Origin: Candidatus Rariloculaceae bacterium
Lineage (GTDB): Bacteria > Pseudomonadota > Gammaproteobacteria > Steroidobacterales > Rariloculaceae
DNA length: 64,000 nt
Reading direction: 5' to 3'
Assembly: GCA_965205045.1 (NCBI GenBank)
Contig: OZ242032.1
Coordinates: forward strand, 17,704 to 81,703
Part shown: positions 43,070-52,265 of the stretch, one piece after another
Layout of the letters: every line of letters starts with the position of its first letter
Position numbering within the stretch: position 1 is the first letter of the stretch
Translations under genes and position numbers: made by a program
The notes under the pieces: model-generated
What the model was told of the DNA's origin: nothing
The model's database searches: none
The model's input: only the letters and a program-made list of their open reading frames with translations

Positions 43070-45133
43070 ATGCTGCGATTTGCCGACGAACTGCTGTTGC
43101 TCCTGATCGACGACAATCGGGGCGATCTCATTCCCATTCCGGCGTGGTCCCTGGCGTGCGCGCTGGCCGGCGCCCTGCTGATGGACCTGGCCCTGGAAGG
43201 CCGTATCGACACGGACCCCGACTCCCTGTCGTTGCTGGACGCGACGCCGCTGGACGATGACCTGCTGGACCCCGTGCTGGCCGAAATCGCCCAGGCCGAG
43301 GCGGCGCGTCCGGCCCGCTTCTGGGTGGCGCACGTCGCCGAACGGGGCGACGAGATTCGTGACAAGACGCTGGCCCGCCTCACGGCGCAGGGCATCCTCG
43401 AAGTCGAGGAAGGGGGCTTTTTCGCCTTCCTGCCCAGCGTGTCGCGCACCCGCCGTTACCCGGCGGACCAGGCGATGCGCGAGGACGTGCGGCTGCGCAT
43501 CATGCGGGCGCTGTTCAGCAACGACATTCCCGACCCCAACGACGTCGTGATCATCGGCTTGGCGGATGCCTGCGGCGTATTCGAGCGCCTGCTGCCCCCG
43601 GCCGAGCACAAGGTGGCGCAAGAGCGCATCGCCCTGCTCGGCCGCATGGACCTGATCGGCCGCGCCGTCGCCGAGGCCATCCGCTACGACACGCCCGCTG
43701 CCACCTCCCCCCGGGCCCGGGACATCCCCATGGCGCGGCCGCCGCTGGTCAGCGTGCTGCTGGGCACCGCCTTCATCCGCGAGCAGTACCGCAAGCTGGG
43801 GCCGATCTTTCAGGTCGAGAAGAACGCCGTGACGCGGCTGCTCGAGGCGCTCTTCATCACCCGGCCGCTGGCGCGGCGGGGCAAGAAGGACGACGGCAGG
43901 CTCCTCGTCATGGCCGGCCCGGAGGCCAACCGTTTCTTCTCGAAAAACGACAAGGCCTACTTCCGCAGCCGCGAGTTCTGGATGCGTTTCGAAGAGCAGT
44001 TCGACGCCCGGGCGACGCGCGCCAGCCTGAGCACCAGCGGCGAGGACCACTTCCGCTTGCGGCGCGCCAAGCGGCCCGGCTACTCGCACGCCGTGGGCGA
44101 GACCCAGGTGGCCGGCATCGTGGACGTGACGCGGCGGGAAATCGCCTCGTGGCCGGCCGGCAAACCCGTAGGCGGCACGGCCATGAGCCAGCGGCTCGTC
44201 TACAGCCTGATGTGCCGGATCATGGTCGGGATTTCCGCGCCGGAGTACTACGACGACTTCATGGCCCTGTTCGAGGCGTCGTTCAAGGCGATCCTCGGCC
44301 TGTATCCCGGCCGTCTGCGCTGGCGCCGCCTGCGGCGGGCGCGGGCGCGGCTGGACGAGCTGACCGCCAGGATCATCGCCCTGCACGAGCCGGAAAACCG
44401 CGGCGACCGTCCGCCGGACGTCGTCGACCACCTGCTTGCCCTGCACCGCGCCGACCCGGCGTTCCTGCCCGAGACGGACGTGGGCATCCTCGTCCTGGAG
44501 CCCATTTACGCGCCCATGGACACCCTGGCCCACAGCCTGTCGTTCATGCTCTACGAGCTGCTCAAGGACCCCGAACTGCTGCACCGCGCGCGGCTGGAAG
44601 CGGACGCCCTTTTCGCTGAGGGGACACCGACGCCGCAAGGCGTGCGCCGGCTCGACGTGATCAGGCGCGCCTATATGGAGACGCTGCGCCGCTATCCGAT
44701 TGTCCCGCGCACCGTGCGCACGGTGAGCAACGCGTTCGAGTTTGCCGGCTGCACGGTTGCCGCCGGCCGGCAGGTCATTCTGGACTTCACGCTGACGCAC
44801 CATCTGCCGGAGTATTTTCCGGATCCGCAGCGCTTCGACATCGAGCGCTTCGCGCCGCCGCGCAACGAGCACCGGCAGTCGGGGGTGTACGTGCCTTACG
44901 GCTTGGGGACGCACCGCTGCCTCGGGGAGCACCTGGCCGAATTCCTGGCGCCGGCCACCATGGCGACGATCCTGCACGACGTGGAGCTGGCGCTGGAGCC
45001 GCCCGGCTACACCCTGACGGGCCGGCGAATAAGCGGACTCCCGACCCCGCATCCGGGCAAGTCGTTCAGGTTTCGCCTGGTGGGCCGGCGCTCGGCTGCC
45101 ACCGCATCGGCAAGCGCCGCGACGGGCGACTGA
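43070..45133 (+). CDS. GPP34/GOLPH3-like domain fused to a cytochrome P450
   Basis: N-terminus MLRFADELLLLLIDDNRGDLIPIPAWSLACALAGALLMDLALEGRIDTD (GPP34 pattern). C-terminus has EXXR (METLRR), DIERF, and the heme loop YGLGTHRCLGEHLA. Confidence 0.75.
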   Translation: MLRFADELLLLLIDDNRGDLIPIPAWSLACALAGALLMDLALEGRIDTDPDSLSLLDATPLDDDLLDPVLAEIAQAEAARPARFWVAHVAERGDEIRDKTLARLTAQGILEVEEGGFFAFLPSVSRTRRYPADQAMREDVRLRIMRALFSNDIPDPNDVVIIGLADACGVFERLLPPAEHKVAQERIALLGRMDLIGRAVAEAIRYDTPAATSPRARDIPMARPPLVSVLLGTAFIREQYRKLGPIFQVEKNAVTRLLEALFITRPLARRGKKDDGRLLVMAGPEANRFFSKNDKAYFRSREFWMRFEEQFDARATRASLSTSGEDHFRLRRAKRPGYSHAVGETQVAGIVDVTRREIASWPAGKPVGGTAMSQRLVYSLMCRIMVGISAPEYYDDFMALFEASFKAILGLYPGRLRWRRLRRARARLDELTARIIALHEPENRGDRPPDVVDHLLALHRADPAFLPETDVGILVLEPIYAPMDTLAHSLSFMLYELLKDPELLHRARLEADALFAEGTPTPQGVRRLDVIRRAYMETLRRYPIVPRTVRTVSNAFEFAGCTVAAGRQVILDFTLTHHLPEYFPDPQRFDIERFAPPRNEHRQSGVYVPYGLGTHRCLGEHLAEFLAPATMATILHDVELALEPPGYTLTGRRISGLPTPHPGKSFRFRLVGRRSAATASASAATGD

Positions 45134-45147
45134 GGAGCCGGCGAAGA

Positions 45148-45759
45148 TTGGACCGGCTCGCCGCCCAGTCGCTCCCCCCACGGCGGCTCGCCCTGGCGAC
45201 GACCGGCGTGATGCTGGCGATGTTCCTGTCCGTCTTCAGCCAGACCATCGTCGCCACCGCGATGCCCCGCATCATCGCCGACCTGGGCGGCTTCGACCGC
45301 TACACCTGGCCGGCGACGGCCTATCTGGTGGCGACGGCCGTCGCCGTGCCGATCGTGGGGCGGCTGTCCGACATCTATGGACGCCGGATGTTCCTCATCC
45401 TCGGCCTGCTCATGTTCACGCTGTGCTCGGTGCCGGCGGGTTTCAGCCAGTCCATGACGCAACTGGTCGCTTTCCGCCTCCTGCAGGGCATCGGCGGCGG
45501 CCTCATCGCGGCCAGCAGTTTCGCCGCCGCCGCCGATCTTTTTCCGCCCCAGGGCCGCGGCCGGTTTGAAGCCTACGCCGGCCTCACGTCCGGCATCGCC
45601 GCGGTCGCCGGGCCGCTCCTGGGCGGTTTCATCACCGACCACTTCGCCTGGAACTGGATCTTCCTGCTGAACGTTCCGGTCGGCCTCCTGGTTCTGGCGA
45701 TCGTGCTGGCCTTTCCGAAAATCCGTTCCGAGGTCGAAGACCGCCGCCTGGACTACCCC
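45148..45759 (+). pseudogene. MFS (DHA2/EmrB-like) transporter, 3'-truncated by the Tn3-family insertion
   Basis: ..FSQTIVATAMPRIIADLGG..VPIVGRLSDIYGRR..LLQGIGGG.. Only about 6 TM segments remain. The reading frame runs into the transposon IR and stops at 45795. Confidence 0.7.
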
Positions 45760-45796
45760 GGGTCGGTTGCGGAAAAGGGCGAAAAACCACGCTAAG
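45760..45796 (+). repeat. Left terminal inverted repeat
   Basis: gggtcggttgcggaaaagggcgaaaaaccacgctaag. The inner end ..CACGCTAAG is as in Tn21-type IRs (from memory). Confidence 0.8.
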
Positions 45797-45990
45797 CGCC
45801 CAAGCCTTCTTTCAGCCCCTTCAAAACCCTGCCTTCGGGTCCACGAATAACACTTCTTTGTCGCGAGTCGTGGCGGTATGCCCTCACGAGTCGCTTTTTG
45901 CCGTAAAATAATCACGACAAGCCCGAAGTTATCTTTTTACGATAAGATACGCAGTCCATATCATTTTCGAGACTGTGAGGAGGACACCCC

Positions 45991-46593
45991 ATGGGACTCA
46001 TTGGCTACGCCCGCGTATCCACCGCCGAAGGCCGCCAGGTACTCGATCGCCAGCTTGACGCCCTGAACGATGCCGGGTGCGAGCGCGTGTTCGAGGATCA
46101 TGCTTCCGGCGCCGCCTCCAACCGACCGAACCTGGCCGCCTGTCTCGATTACCTGCGGCAGGGCGACATCCTTGTCGTCCTCGACCTCGACCGCCTGGGC
46201 CGCCGGGCGGGTGAACTCATCGCCCTGATCGACGAACTTGACCACCGCGGCGTCGGGTTCCGCGCCCTCAATTCACCGATGGACACGACCGCACCCGCGG
46301 GCCGTGCCTTCCTGCAGATCCAGGCAGCCTTTGCGGAAATGGAGCGTAACGTCATCCGCCAACGCATCCGTGAGGGTGTCAAGGCGGCGCGGGCCCGCGG
46401 GCGCAAAGGCGGCCGCCCCCGCGTCATGACCCCCGAGAAGCTGCGATATGCTCAGAACCTCATGGCCGACCAGACACGCTCGATACCCGATATCTGTCGC
46501 GAACTCGGCCGCATCCCCGCCAGCACGCTCTACCACTACCTGCACGCCGACGGAACCCTCAAGGAGCCCGGGCGACGGCTCCTCGACGCCTGA
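45991..46593 (+). CDS. tnpR: Serine resolvase
   Basis: MGLIGYARVSTAEGRQVLDRQ..LVVLDLDRLGRR..C-terminal HTH. GAGGAGG RBS. Confidence 0.9.
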   Translation: MGLIGYARVSTAEGRQVLDRQLDALNDAGCERVFEDHASGAASNRPNLAACLDYLRQGDILVVLDLDRLGRRAGELIALIDELDHRGVGFRALNSPMDTTAPAGRAFLQIQAAFAEMERNVIRQRIREGVKAARARGRKGGRPRVMTPEKLRYAQNLMADQTRSIPDICRELGRIPASTLYHYLHADGTLKEPGRRLLDA

Positions 46594-46635
46594 TCCCGCT
46601 TCACGCACCCAACCTTTTGCGGAACGGAACCGACC

Positions 46636-49524
46636 ATGCCCCGTAGAGCCATTCTCACGGACCGGCAGCGGTCCGCCTTGCTCGATCTGCCGACCGACGA
46701 GCCTTCGCTAAGGAGGCACTACACCCTGGCTGACGATGATCTGGAACACATCACCCGGCGCCGGCGCGCCGAAAACCGCCTTGGTTTCGCCCTTCAGCTT
46801 TGTGTCCTGCGCTACCCCGGTCGCGTGCTGCATCCCGGCGAACTGATCCCATCTGAGGTCGTGGCGTTCATTGCCGTCCAGCTGGGCATCGTGGTGGAGT
46901 CCCTGTTGCCCTATGCAGCGCGGAGCCAGACGCGACAGGAACACATGACGGCGCTGCGCTCGATCTACGGATACCGCACGTTCGCCGGACGCGCAGCCAG
47001 GGACCTGAAGACCTGGCTGGACGAGCAGGCCGAGGAGGCGCGCTCCAACGAGGAACTGGCAAGACGCCTCGTCGAGGAATGCCGCCGCAGGCAAGTCATC
47101 CTGCCCGCGGTCTCAACGCTCGAACGGCTGTGCGCCGACGCCGCAGTGGCAGCCGACCGCCGGGTTGAGGAGAGAATTGCCGGCCGTCTCGACACCGCCA
47201 CGCGAATGGCTCTCGACAGCCTACTTTCGGAAACGCTGGAAGGCCGCGTGACACGCTTCGTCTGGCTGCGGCAGTTCGAGCCGGGCAACAATGCCGCCAT
47301 CGCCGGACGCTTGCTGGAGCGCCTGGAGTTCCTGCAGCATCTCGGTCTCTGCGAGCAGATCATCGAAGGCGTGCCTGCCCACCGCGTTGCCCGTCTGAGA
47401 AGACAAGGCGAACGGCACTTCGCCGACGGCCTGCGTGAGATGCTCGACAACCGGCGCCTAGCCATCCTGGCAATATGCGCCGTGGAATGGCAGGCGGCTC
47501 TGGCGGACGTTCTCGTCGAGACCCATGACCGCATCGTCGGCAGGACCTGGCGGGAGGCGGAAAGACTCTGCGATGCCCGCATCGACGACGCCAGGGCAAC
47601 GGTCCGCCGCACCCTCAGGTCCTTCGCCGACCTCGGGCAGGCGCTGCTCGAAGCCCGGCATCAGCCCGCCATGCTCGAACAGGCCGTGTCAGGCAAGCTG
47701 GGCTGGGACAGGCTGAGCGACCTGGTGACCGTGGCCGAACGCCTGACCGATACGATGTCGAACGATCCGCTCGCCCACGTGGCGCAGGGGCACGGCCGCC
47801 TCAGGCGCTACGCCCTGCGCATGCTGCGGGCCCTCGATATCCAGGCCGCCCCGGTTGCAAAGCCTCTGCTGGACGCTGCCAGTCTGATCCGCGACGGCCG
47901 CAGCCACAGCAGCCCGAGAGCCTTTCTGCGTCCGGCCTCCAAGTGGCACCGGTATCTCGATGCGCAGCCCAAGGGCGACAAGCGGCTCTGGGAGGTGGCC
48001 GTCCTGTCCCATCTGCGCGACGGCTTCCGCTCCGGCGACCTCTGGCTGCCGCGCTCCCGACGTCACGGCGACCCGACTCAGGCACTGGTCCCGCTGCCGG
48101 CCACAACGAGCAACGCCGCACTGGCCGTGCCGCTCGACGTCGGCGAATGGCTCGCCGACCGGCAGGCATGGATGACACACGGACTGGAGAGGCTCGCCAA
48201 GGCAGCTCGGACCGGGGCCATCCCGGGTGGCGTCATCCGTGACGGCGGCCTGAACATCGACCGGCTCACCGCCGAGACCCCGGAAGGCGCAGACGAGCTC
48301 ATTCTCGATCTCTACAAGCGCCTGCCGGAGACGCGCATCACTGACATCCTGGTGGAGGTCGACACCGAGGTCGGCTTCACGGACGCCTTCGTCCATATGC
48401 GCACCGGAGCACCCTGCAAGGACAGGATCGGCCTGCTCAACGTGCTACTGGCCGAAGGCATCAACCTTAGCCTCGGCAAGATGGCCGATTCCACCAACAC
48501 CCACGACTACTGGGAACTCATGCGGCTATCGCGCTGGCACGTGGAAGGCGAAGCTTTTGCCCGTGCGTTGGCGATGGTGATCGAGGCACAGGCCAAGCTG
48601 CCTATGGCGGCATTCTGGGGGCCGGGGACTACCGCATCGAGCGACGGCCAGTTTTTTCCGACCACAAGGCAGGGAGAGGCCATGAACCTGGTCAATGCCA
48701 GGTACGGAAACGAGCCCGGACTCAAGGCCTACACTCACGTGTCGGACCGTTTCGGGCCCTTCGCCACCCAGATCATCCCGGCGACGGCGGGCGAGGCGCC
48801 TTACATCTTGGACGGCCTGCTGATGAACGAGACCGGCCGTCGTGTCCGTGAACAGTACGCCGACACCGGCGGCTTCACCGATCACGTCTTCGCCGTCACC
48901 TCTATCCTGGGCTACCGCTTCGTGCCGCGCATCCGCGACCTGCCCTCCAAGCGTATCTATGTCTTCGAGCCGGCCGCCTGCCCGAAAGAACTGCGCGGCC
49001 TCATCGGCGGCAAACTCCGCCAGTCGCTGATCACGTCGAACTGGCCCGACATCCTTCGGCTGGGCGCGACCCTGGCCGCGGGAACGGTTGCTCCCAGCCT
49101 GATCCTGCGTAAGCTGGCCGCCTACCCGCGCCGTAATGACCTCGCCGCGGCGCTACGCGAAGTCGGCCGCATTGAGCGCACTCTCTTCATGATCGACTGG
49201 GCACTGGATCCGGCCATGCAGCGGCGAGCCCAGATCGGCCTCAACAAGGGTGAGTCCCACCACGCCCTGAAGAACGCTTTGCGCATCGGCCGCCAGGGAG
49301 AAATCCGGGATCGCAGTACAGAGGGCCAGCATTACCGCATGGCAGGCCTCAATCTGCTCGCCGCCATCGTCATCTACTGGAACACCGTCCGGCTGGGTGA
49401 AGCAGTTGCCAAGCGAAGGCGCGCCGGCCTGCCCGTCGCCCCCGAGCTTCTGCCGCACACCTCACCCCTCGGATGGGGCCACCTCCTGATTAACGGCGAA
49501 TACAAGTGGCCAAGGAGACGTTGA
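46636..49524 (+). CDS. tnpA: Tn3-family DDE transposase
   Basis: 962 aa, MPRRAILTDRQRSALLDLPTDE..YTLADDDLEHI..SSDGQFFPT..DTGGFTDHVFAV.. Confidence 0.9.
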   Translation: MPRRAILTDRQRSALLDLPTDEPSLRRHYTLADDDLEHITRRRRAENRLGFALQLCVLRYPGRVLHPGELIPSEVVAFIAVQLGIVVESLLPYAARSQTRQEHMTALRSIYGYRTFAGRAARDLKTWLDEQAEEARSNEELARRLVEECRRRQVILPAVSTLERLCADAAVAADRRVEERIAGRLDTATRMALDSLLSETLEGRVTRFVWLRQFEPGNNAAIAGRLLERLEFLQHLGLCEQIIEGVPAHRVARLRRQGERHFADGLREMLDNRRLAILAICAVEWQAALADVLVETHDRIVGRTWREAERLCDARIDDARATVRRTLRSFADLGQALLEARHQPAMLEQAVSGKLGWDRLSDLVTVAERLTDTMSNDPLAHVAQGHGRLRRYALRMLRALDIQAAPVAKPLLDAASLIRDGRSHSSPRAFLRPASKWHRYLDAQPKGDKRLWEVAVLSHLRDGFRSGDLWLPRSRRHGDPTQALVPLPATTSNAALAVPLDVGEWLADRQAWMTHGLERLAKAARTGAIPGGVIRDGGLNIDRLTAETPEGADELILDLYKRLPETRITDILVEVDTEVGFTDAFVHMRTGAPCKDRIGLLNVLLAEGINLSLGKMADSTNTHDYWELMRLSRWHVEGEAFARALAMVIEAQAKLPMAAFWGPGTTASSDGQFFPTTRQGEAMNLVNARYGNEPGLKAYTHVSDRFGPFATQIIPATAGEAPYILDGLLMNETGRRVREQYADTGGFTDHVFAVTSILGYRFVPRIRDLPSKRIYVFEPAACPKELRGLIGGKLRQSLITSNWPDILRLGATLAAGTVAPSLILRKLAAYPRRNDLAAALREVGRIERTLFMIDWALDPAMQRRAQIGLNKGESHHALKNALRIGRQGEIRDRSTEGQHYRMAGLNLLAAIVIYWNTVRLGEAVAKRRRAGLPVAPELLPHTSPLGWGHLLINGEYKWPRRR

Positions 49525-49530
49525 TTCGGC

Positions 49531-49567
49531 CTTAGAGTGTTTTTTCGCCCTTTTCCGCAACCGACCC
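49531..49567 (-). repeat. Right terminal inverted repeat
   Basis: The reverse complement is gggtcggttgcggaaaagggcgaaaaaacactctaag. Confidence 0.8.
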
Positions 49568-49831
49568 GAACTCCCCTTCTATCAATTGTTTTCCTTGAAT
49601 AATCAAGGTATGCGCGTGTCCGGCTCTGCGGGCACAAAAAAGCCCCCCGGGAAATGCACCGGAGGGATGGCTTCCAGGTTCCGACAGCCCTGTGTTTTCC
49701 TTTGTCTCCAGGCCCTAGCCCCGAAGGCTTTCTGCTCCAATATCCGTTACGGTCATTTTCGGCGAACCGCTGTTTAGTTCTACCACGTCGCCGACCTTGA
49801 ATTGAGTCTCCATTGTTCGTTCCTTCAGAAA

Positions 49832-50086
49832 TTAACCTTCTGTTGTCGGTGAAGGCAGAGTGCCGAGCAAAATTTCAGAAACCATGCGTGACAGCCTTCC
49901 GCCAATTTTCCTACATTCTACTGCTGCATCGTGGAATTCGCGGAAAGTGGTCGCGCAGGGCTGCAATTCAGCCGATAGCCGTTCGAATTTGATATCCAGA
50001 TTGATTTGCTCGGCTTCCATCTCCGCGCGAAACCTTGCCAGATGCTTCAAGAATATCTCGATAGAAACCTCTGTGTCTCTTTTCAT
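49832..50086 (-). CDS. Hypothetical 84-aa protein, last gene of the methyltransferase operon
   Basis: Track ORF. Lower GC. It starts 12 nt after the MTase-HNH stop. Confidence 0.4.
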   Translation of the reverse strand: MKRDTEVSIEIFLKHLARFRAEMEAEQINLDIKFERLSAELQPCATTFREFHDAAVECRKIGGRLSRMVSEILLGTLPSPTTEG

Positions 50087-50097
50087 GGCGCCGCTCC

Positions 50098-51594
50098 TTA
50101 CGCCACCCGTATCCCCTCAGCTCTCAGCCTCGCAATCAATTCCTCTTGCGTCCCCGTCCCCTTGAGCGAGTTGCACGCCCCACACAGCAGTTGCAAGTTG
50201 TCCGGATGATCCGTGCCGCCCTTCGCCTGCGGCACCACGTGGTCAATAGTGAGGTTACGGAACGGGAAGTGTGTACGGCATCCCGTGCAATTACCTTCCT
50301 GCTTGCCGTACAGCGTGTGTTTGTGCGTGCGGTAGTTCGGCAGGCTTGCAACGTCAGTGCGCTGTGGTATGTCCACGCGGCGAACAGCCTTGAACAGCAG
50401 GGCACCTTCGCGGCGCATCCGGGTTTCGACGAGTTGCGCGGCAAGCGGCGACAGGTCGATCCCGACCCATTGCCGTTCCAGCCGGTCGGCAGCAACACAC
50501 GCCGTGGCGCAGCCGCAGAATGGGTCGAGGATCATGTCGCCAGGGTTAGATGAGGCGCGGATGATGCGGTCGAGCAGGGCGAGGGGCTTCTGGGTAGGAT
50601 AACCGATGCGTTCTTTGGCTTGCGGATTGACCGGCGGAATGTCGGCCCATACGTCCGGCGGTACCTGCCCAGGATTCGCGGAAAGATAGCGCTTGAGTTC
50701 TGGCGTCCCTTTCGATGTAAAGACAATCAATCCGGCTTCGTGTAGCATGTCGAGCCGTTTCAACACGCTGAGTTCCGACCGGTATCCAGGGATGCAATTC
50801 TCTTCTATCCACTCCGCATAGGCTCCCGTGCGAGGCACGCTCCAGTGTCTGCCAATATTGGTGGGGTCCCAACCCTTCCAAGCGGCACCGGCTTCGCCCG
50901 TGCTGACGCCCGCGCCGGTCAGATCGCCCCTGCGATACTTTCCTGTGTCGTCCCTGTAACGATACTTGGATGCTACGTTCGGTTCAGCTAGAGGGACACG
51001 CGCAGCGGCGCGGTCGATTTCCGAGCCATAGAACAGCAGCCGATCCGCTGTCCGTCCAAACCGCCCGGCATCGTTATGGTTGGATACCCGTTTCCAGATT
51101 ATCTCGTTTTGAAACATGCCCTTCCCGAATACCGCATCCATGAGCATCTTCAAATAATGGCTGGCTGCATCATCACAGTGCAGATACAGCGACCCCGTAT
51201 CCTTGAGCAGCCGCCGCATTTCGAGTAGCCGTACGCCCATCATCATGAGGTATGACTTCATGCTCTTGCCGTGCGCCTGGCCCGCCGCATCGATAACGGC
51301 ATACAGCGGCGGCTCGCGCTCGGCAATCTCACCGTGCCACGCGAGGTCCACGTCGTCCAACGTCCACGCATCCTTGAACGCCGCGCCCGCCGCCTCGCTG
51401 CCTATCGGTGCCGAGTAGGTACGATTGGAGTTGAACGGCGGGTCCAAGTAGATCAGGTCAACCGAGGCCGAGTTCATGCCGCGCATGATGTCCAGGTTGT
51501 CGCCGGTCCACATGGTGCGGTTTTGCCAGTTGGGTTGCATGGTTATCGAAGGTCTCCCGCCAACGCCTGCGCGCTGTGGTTTCGGCGTGATCAA
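50098..51594 (-). CDS. DNA methyltransferase (N4/N6, beta-class motif order) fused to a C-terminal HNH nuclease
   Basis: ..[15 protein letters not shown].. (motif IV) precedes ..[15 protein letters not shown].. (motif I). C-terminus ..[44 protein letters not shown] (HNH). Confidence 0.85.
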   Translation of the reverse strand: MITPKPQRAGVGGRPSITMQPNWQNRTMWTGDNLDIMRGMNSASVDLIYLDPPFNSNRTYSAPIGSEAAGAAFKDAWTLDDVDLAWHGEIAEREPPLYAVIDAAGQAHGKSMKSYLMMMGVRLLEMRRLLKDTGSLYLHCDDAASHYLKMLMDAVFGKGMFQNEIIWKRVSNHNDAGRFGRTADRLLFYGSEIDRAAARVPLAEPNVASKYRYRDDTGKYRRGDLTGAGVSTGEAGAAWKGWDPTNIGRHWSVPRTGAYAEWIEENCIPGYRSELSVLKRLDMLHEAGLIVFTSKGTPELKRYLSANPGQVPPDVWADIPPVNPQAKERIGYPTQKPLALLDRIIRASSNPGDMILDPFCGCATACVAADRLERQWVGIDLSPLAAQLVETRMRREGALLFKAVRRVDIPQRTDVASLPNYRTHKHTLYGKQEGNCTGCRTHFPFRNLTIDHVVPQAKGGTDHPDNLQLLCGACNSLKGTGTQEELIARLRAEGIRVA

Positions 51595-51929
51595 ATATCC
51601 CGCGTCAGGGTTTCCACTCGGTCTCGGATAGCCTTCACCACCACTTCTGTCCTTTTGGCAGGCTGTTGGGCAACCTGATATAAACCAAACACCATACGCT
51701 GCAAAGCTAAGTCTGATCCCATGGTCTTATATATGGGCCAAAAAGCAGTAAGCGCACTCTGCCTCACCCTCTCTGCGCTTGAGGTGGTCTCAGGAGTATC
51801 AAAACCTATACGGCTCATTTGCTCGGCACCGAGAAAGGCCGCTAGTTCTTCCTTGGTCATCGCAGCGAGAAAGGCCTCCACCGCTCGCTCACGGGCCTTA
51901 CGTTTTTCGGCATCGTTAGATTCAGTCAT
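51591..51929 (-). CDS. Hypothetical 112-aa protein, 4-nt overlap with the MTase start
   Basis: Track ORF, translationally coupled to the downstream gene. Confidence 0.5.
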   Translation of the reverse strand: MTESNDAEKRKARERAVEAFLAAMTKEELAAFLGAEQMSRIGFDTPETTSSAERVRQSALTAFWPIYKTMGSDLALQRMVFGLYQVAQQPAKRTEVVVKAIRDRVETLTRDI

Positions 51930-51951
51930 TTACATCTCCTTTTTCATCGCT

Positions 51952-52173
51952 TCACGGGGCGGCGGCACGAAGGAATGCATGGGCAATCGCCGGCGTCTCC
52001 CCCCACTCAGGAAAAATTTCGAGCCGTTGAAGTATTGCCGCCATCTCCTTCGCCACCGCATCCACGGATAGTGTTTCCATACGCTGCCCAGCTTCCGATA
52101 AGCGGTCATATGTCACCTTGCAGGCAAAAAGCCCCTCCAGGAGAGCCTCCGGAGGGGCATCTGAAAGGTTCAA
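51952..52173 (-). CDS. Hypothetical 73-aa protein
   Basis: Track ORF only. Confidence 0.35.
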   Translation of the reverse strand: MNLSDAPPEALLEGLFACKVTYDRLSEAGQRMETLSVDAVAKEMAAILQRLEIFPEWGETPAIAHAFLRAAAP

Positions 52174-52265
52174 CGCGGATCAATTCTGGAAAGGCAGTAC
52201 GTAGACTTGCACAGTACCCCCTCTGCCAGAGCACTTTCCATCAAGCCCGCTTCTCCTTTCACATC

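Larger units (their letters stand above)
45760..49567 (+). mobile_element. Tn3-family transposon (IR-res-tnpR-tnpA-IR), no cargo
   Basis: The 37-bp terminal IRs are 35/37 identical. tnpR and tnpA are in the same orientation. Confidence 0.85.

Noticed and set aside
40766-45181. Minus-strand ORFs 40766-42244, 41949-43052 and 42839-45181
   Set aside because: They are antisense shadows of the sulfotransferase and P450 genes.
45755-49572. 5-bp target-site duplication for the first Tn3-family transposon
   Set aside because: The flanks acccc and gaact do not match under any 1-2 bp shift of the IR ends that I tried. This is reported as a finding instead.
49715-49813. 32-codon minus-strand ORF METQFKVGDVVELNSGSPKMTVTDIGAESLRG resembling the N-terminus of DUF2158/YodC-type small proteins
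   Set aside because: It stops at about half the usual length and the remainder is not recovered convincingly in another frame. It may be a decayed gene, but I cannot support a feature call.
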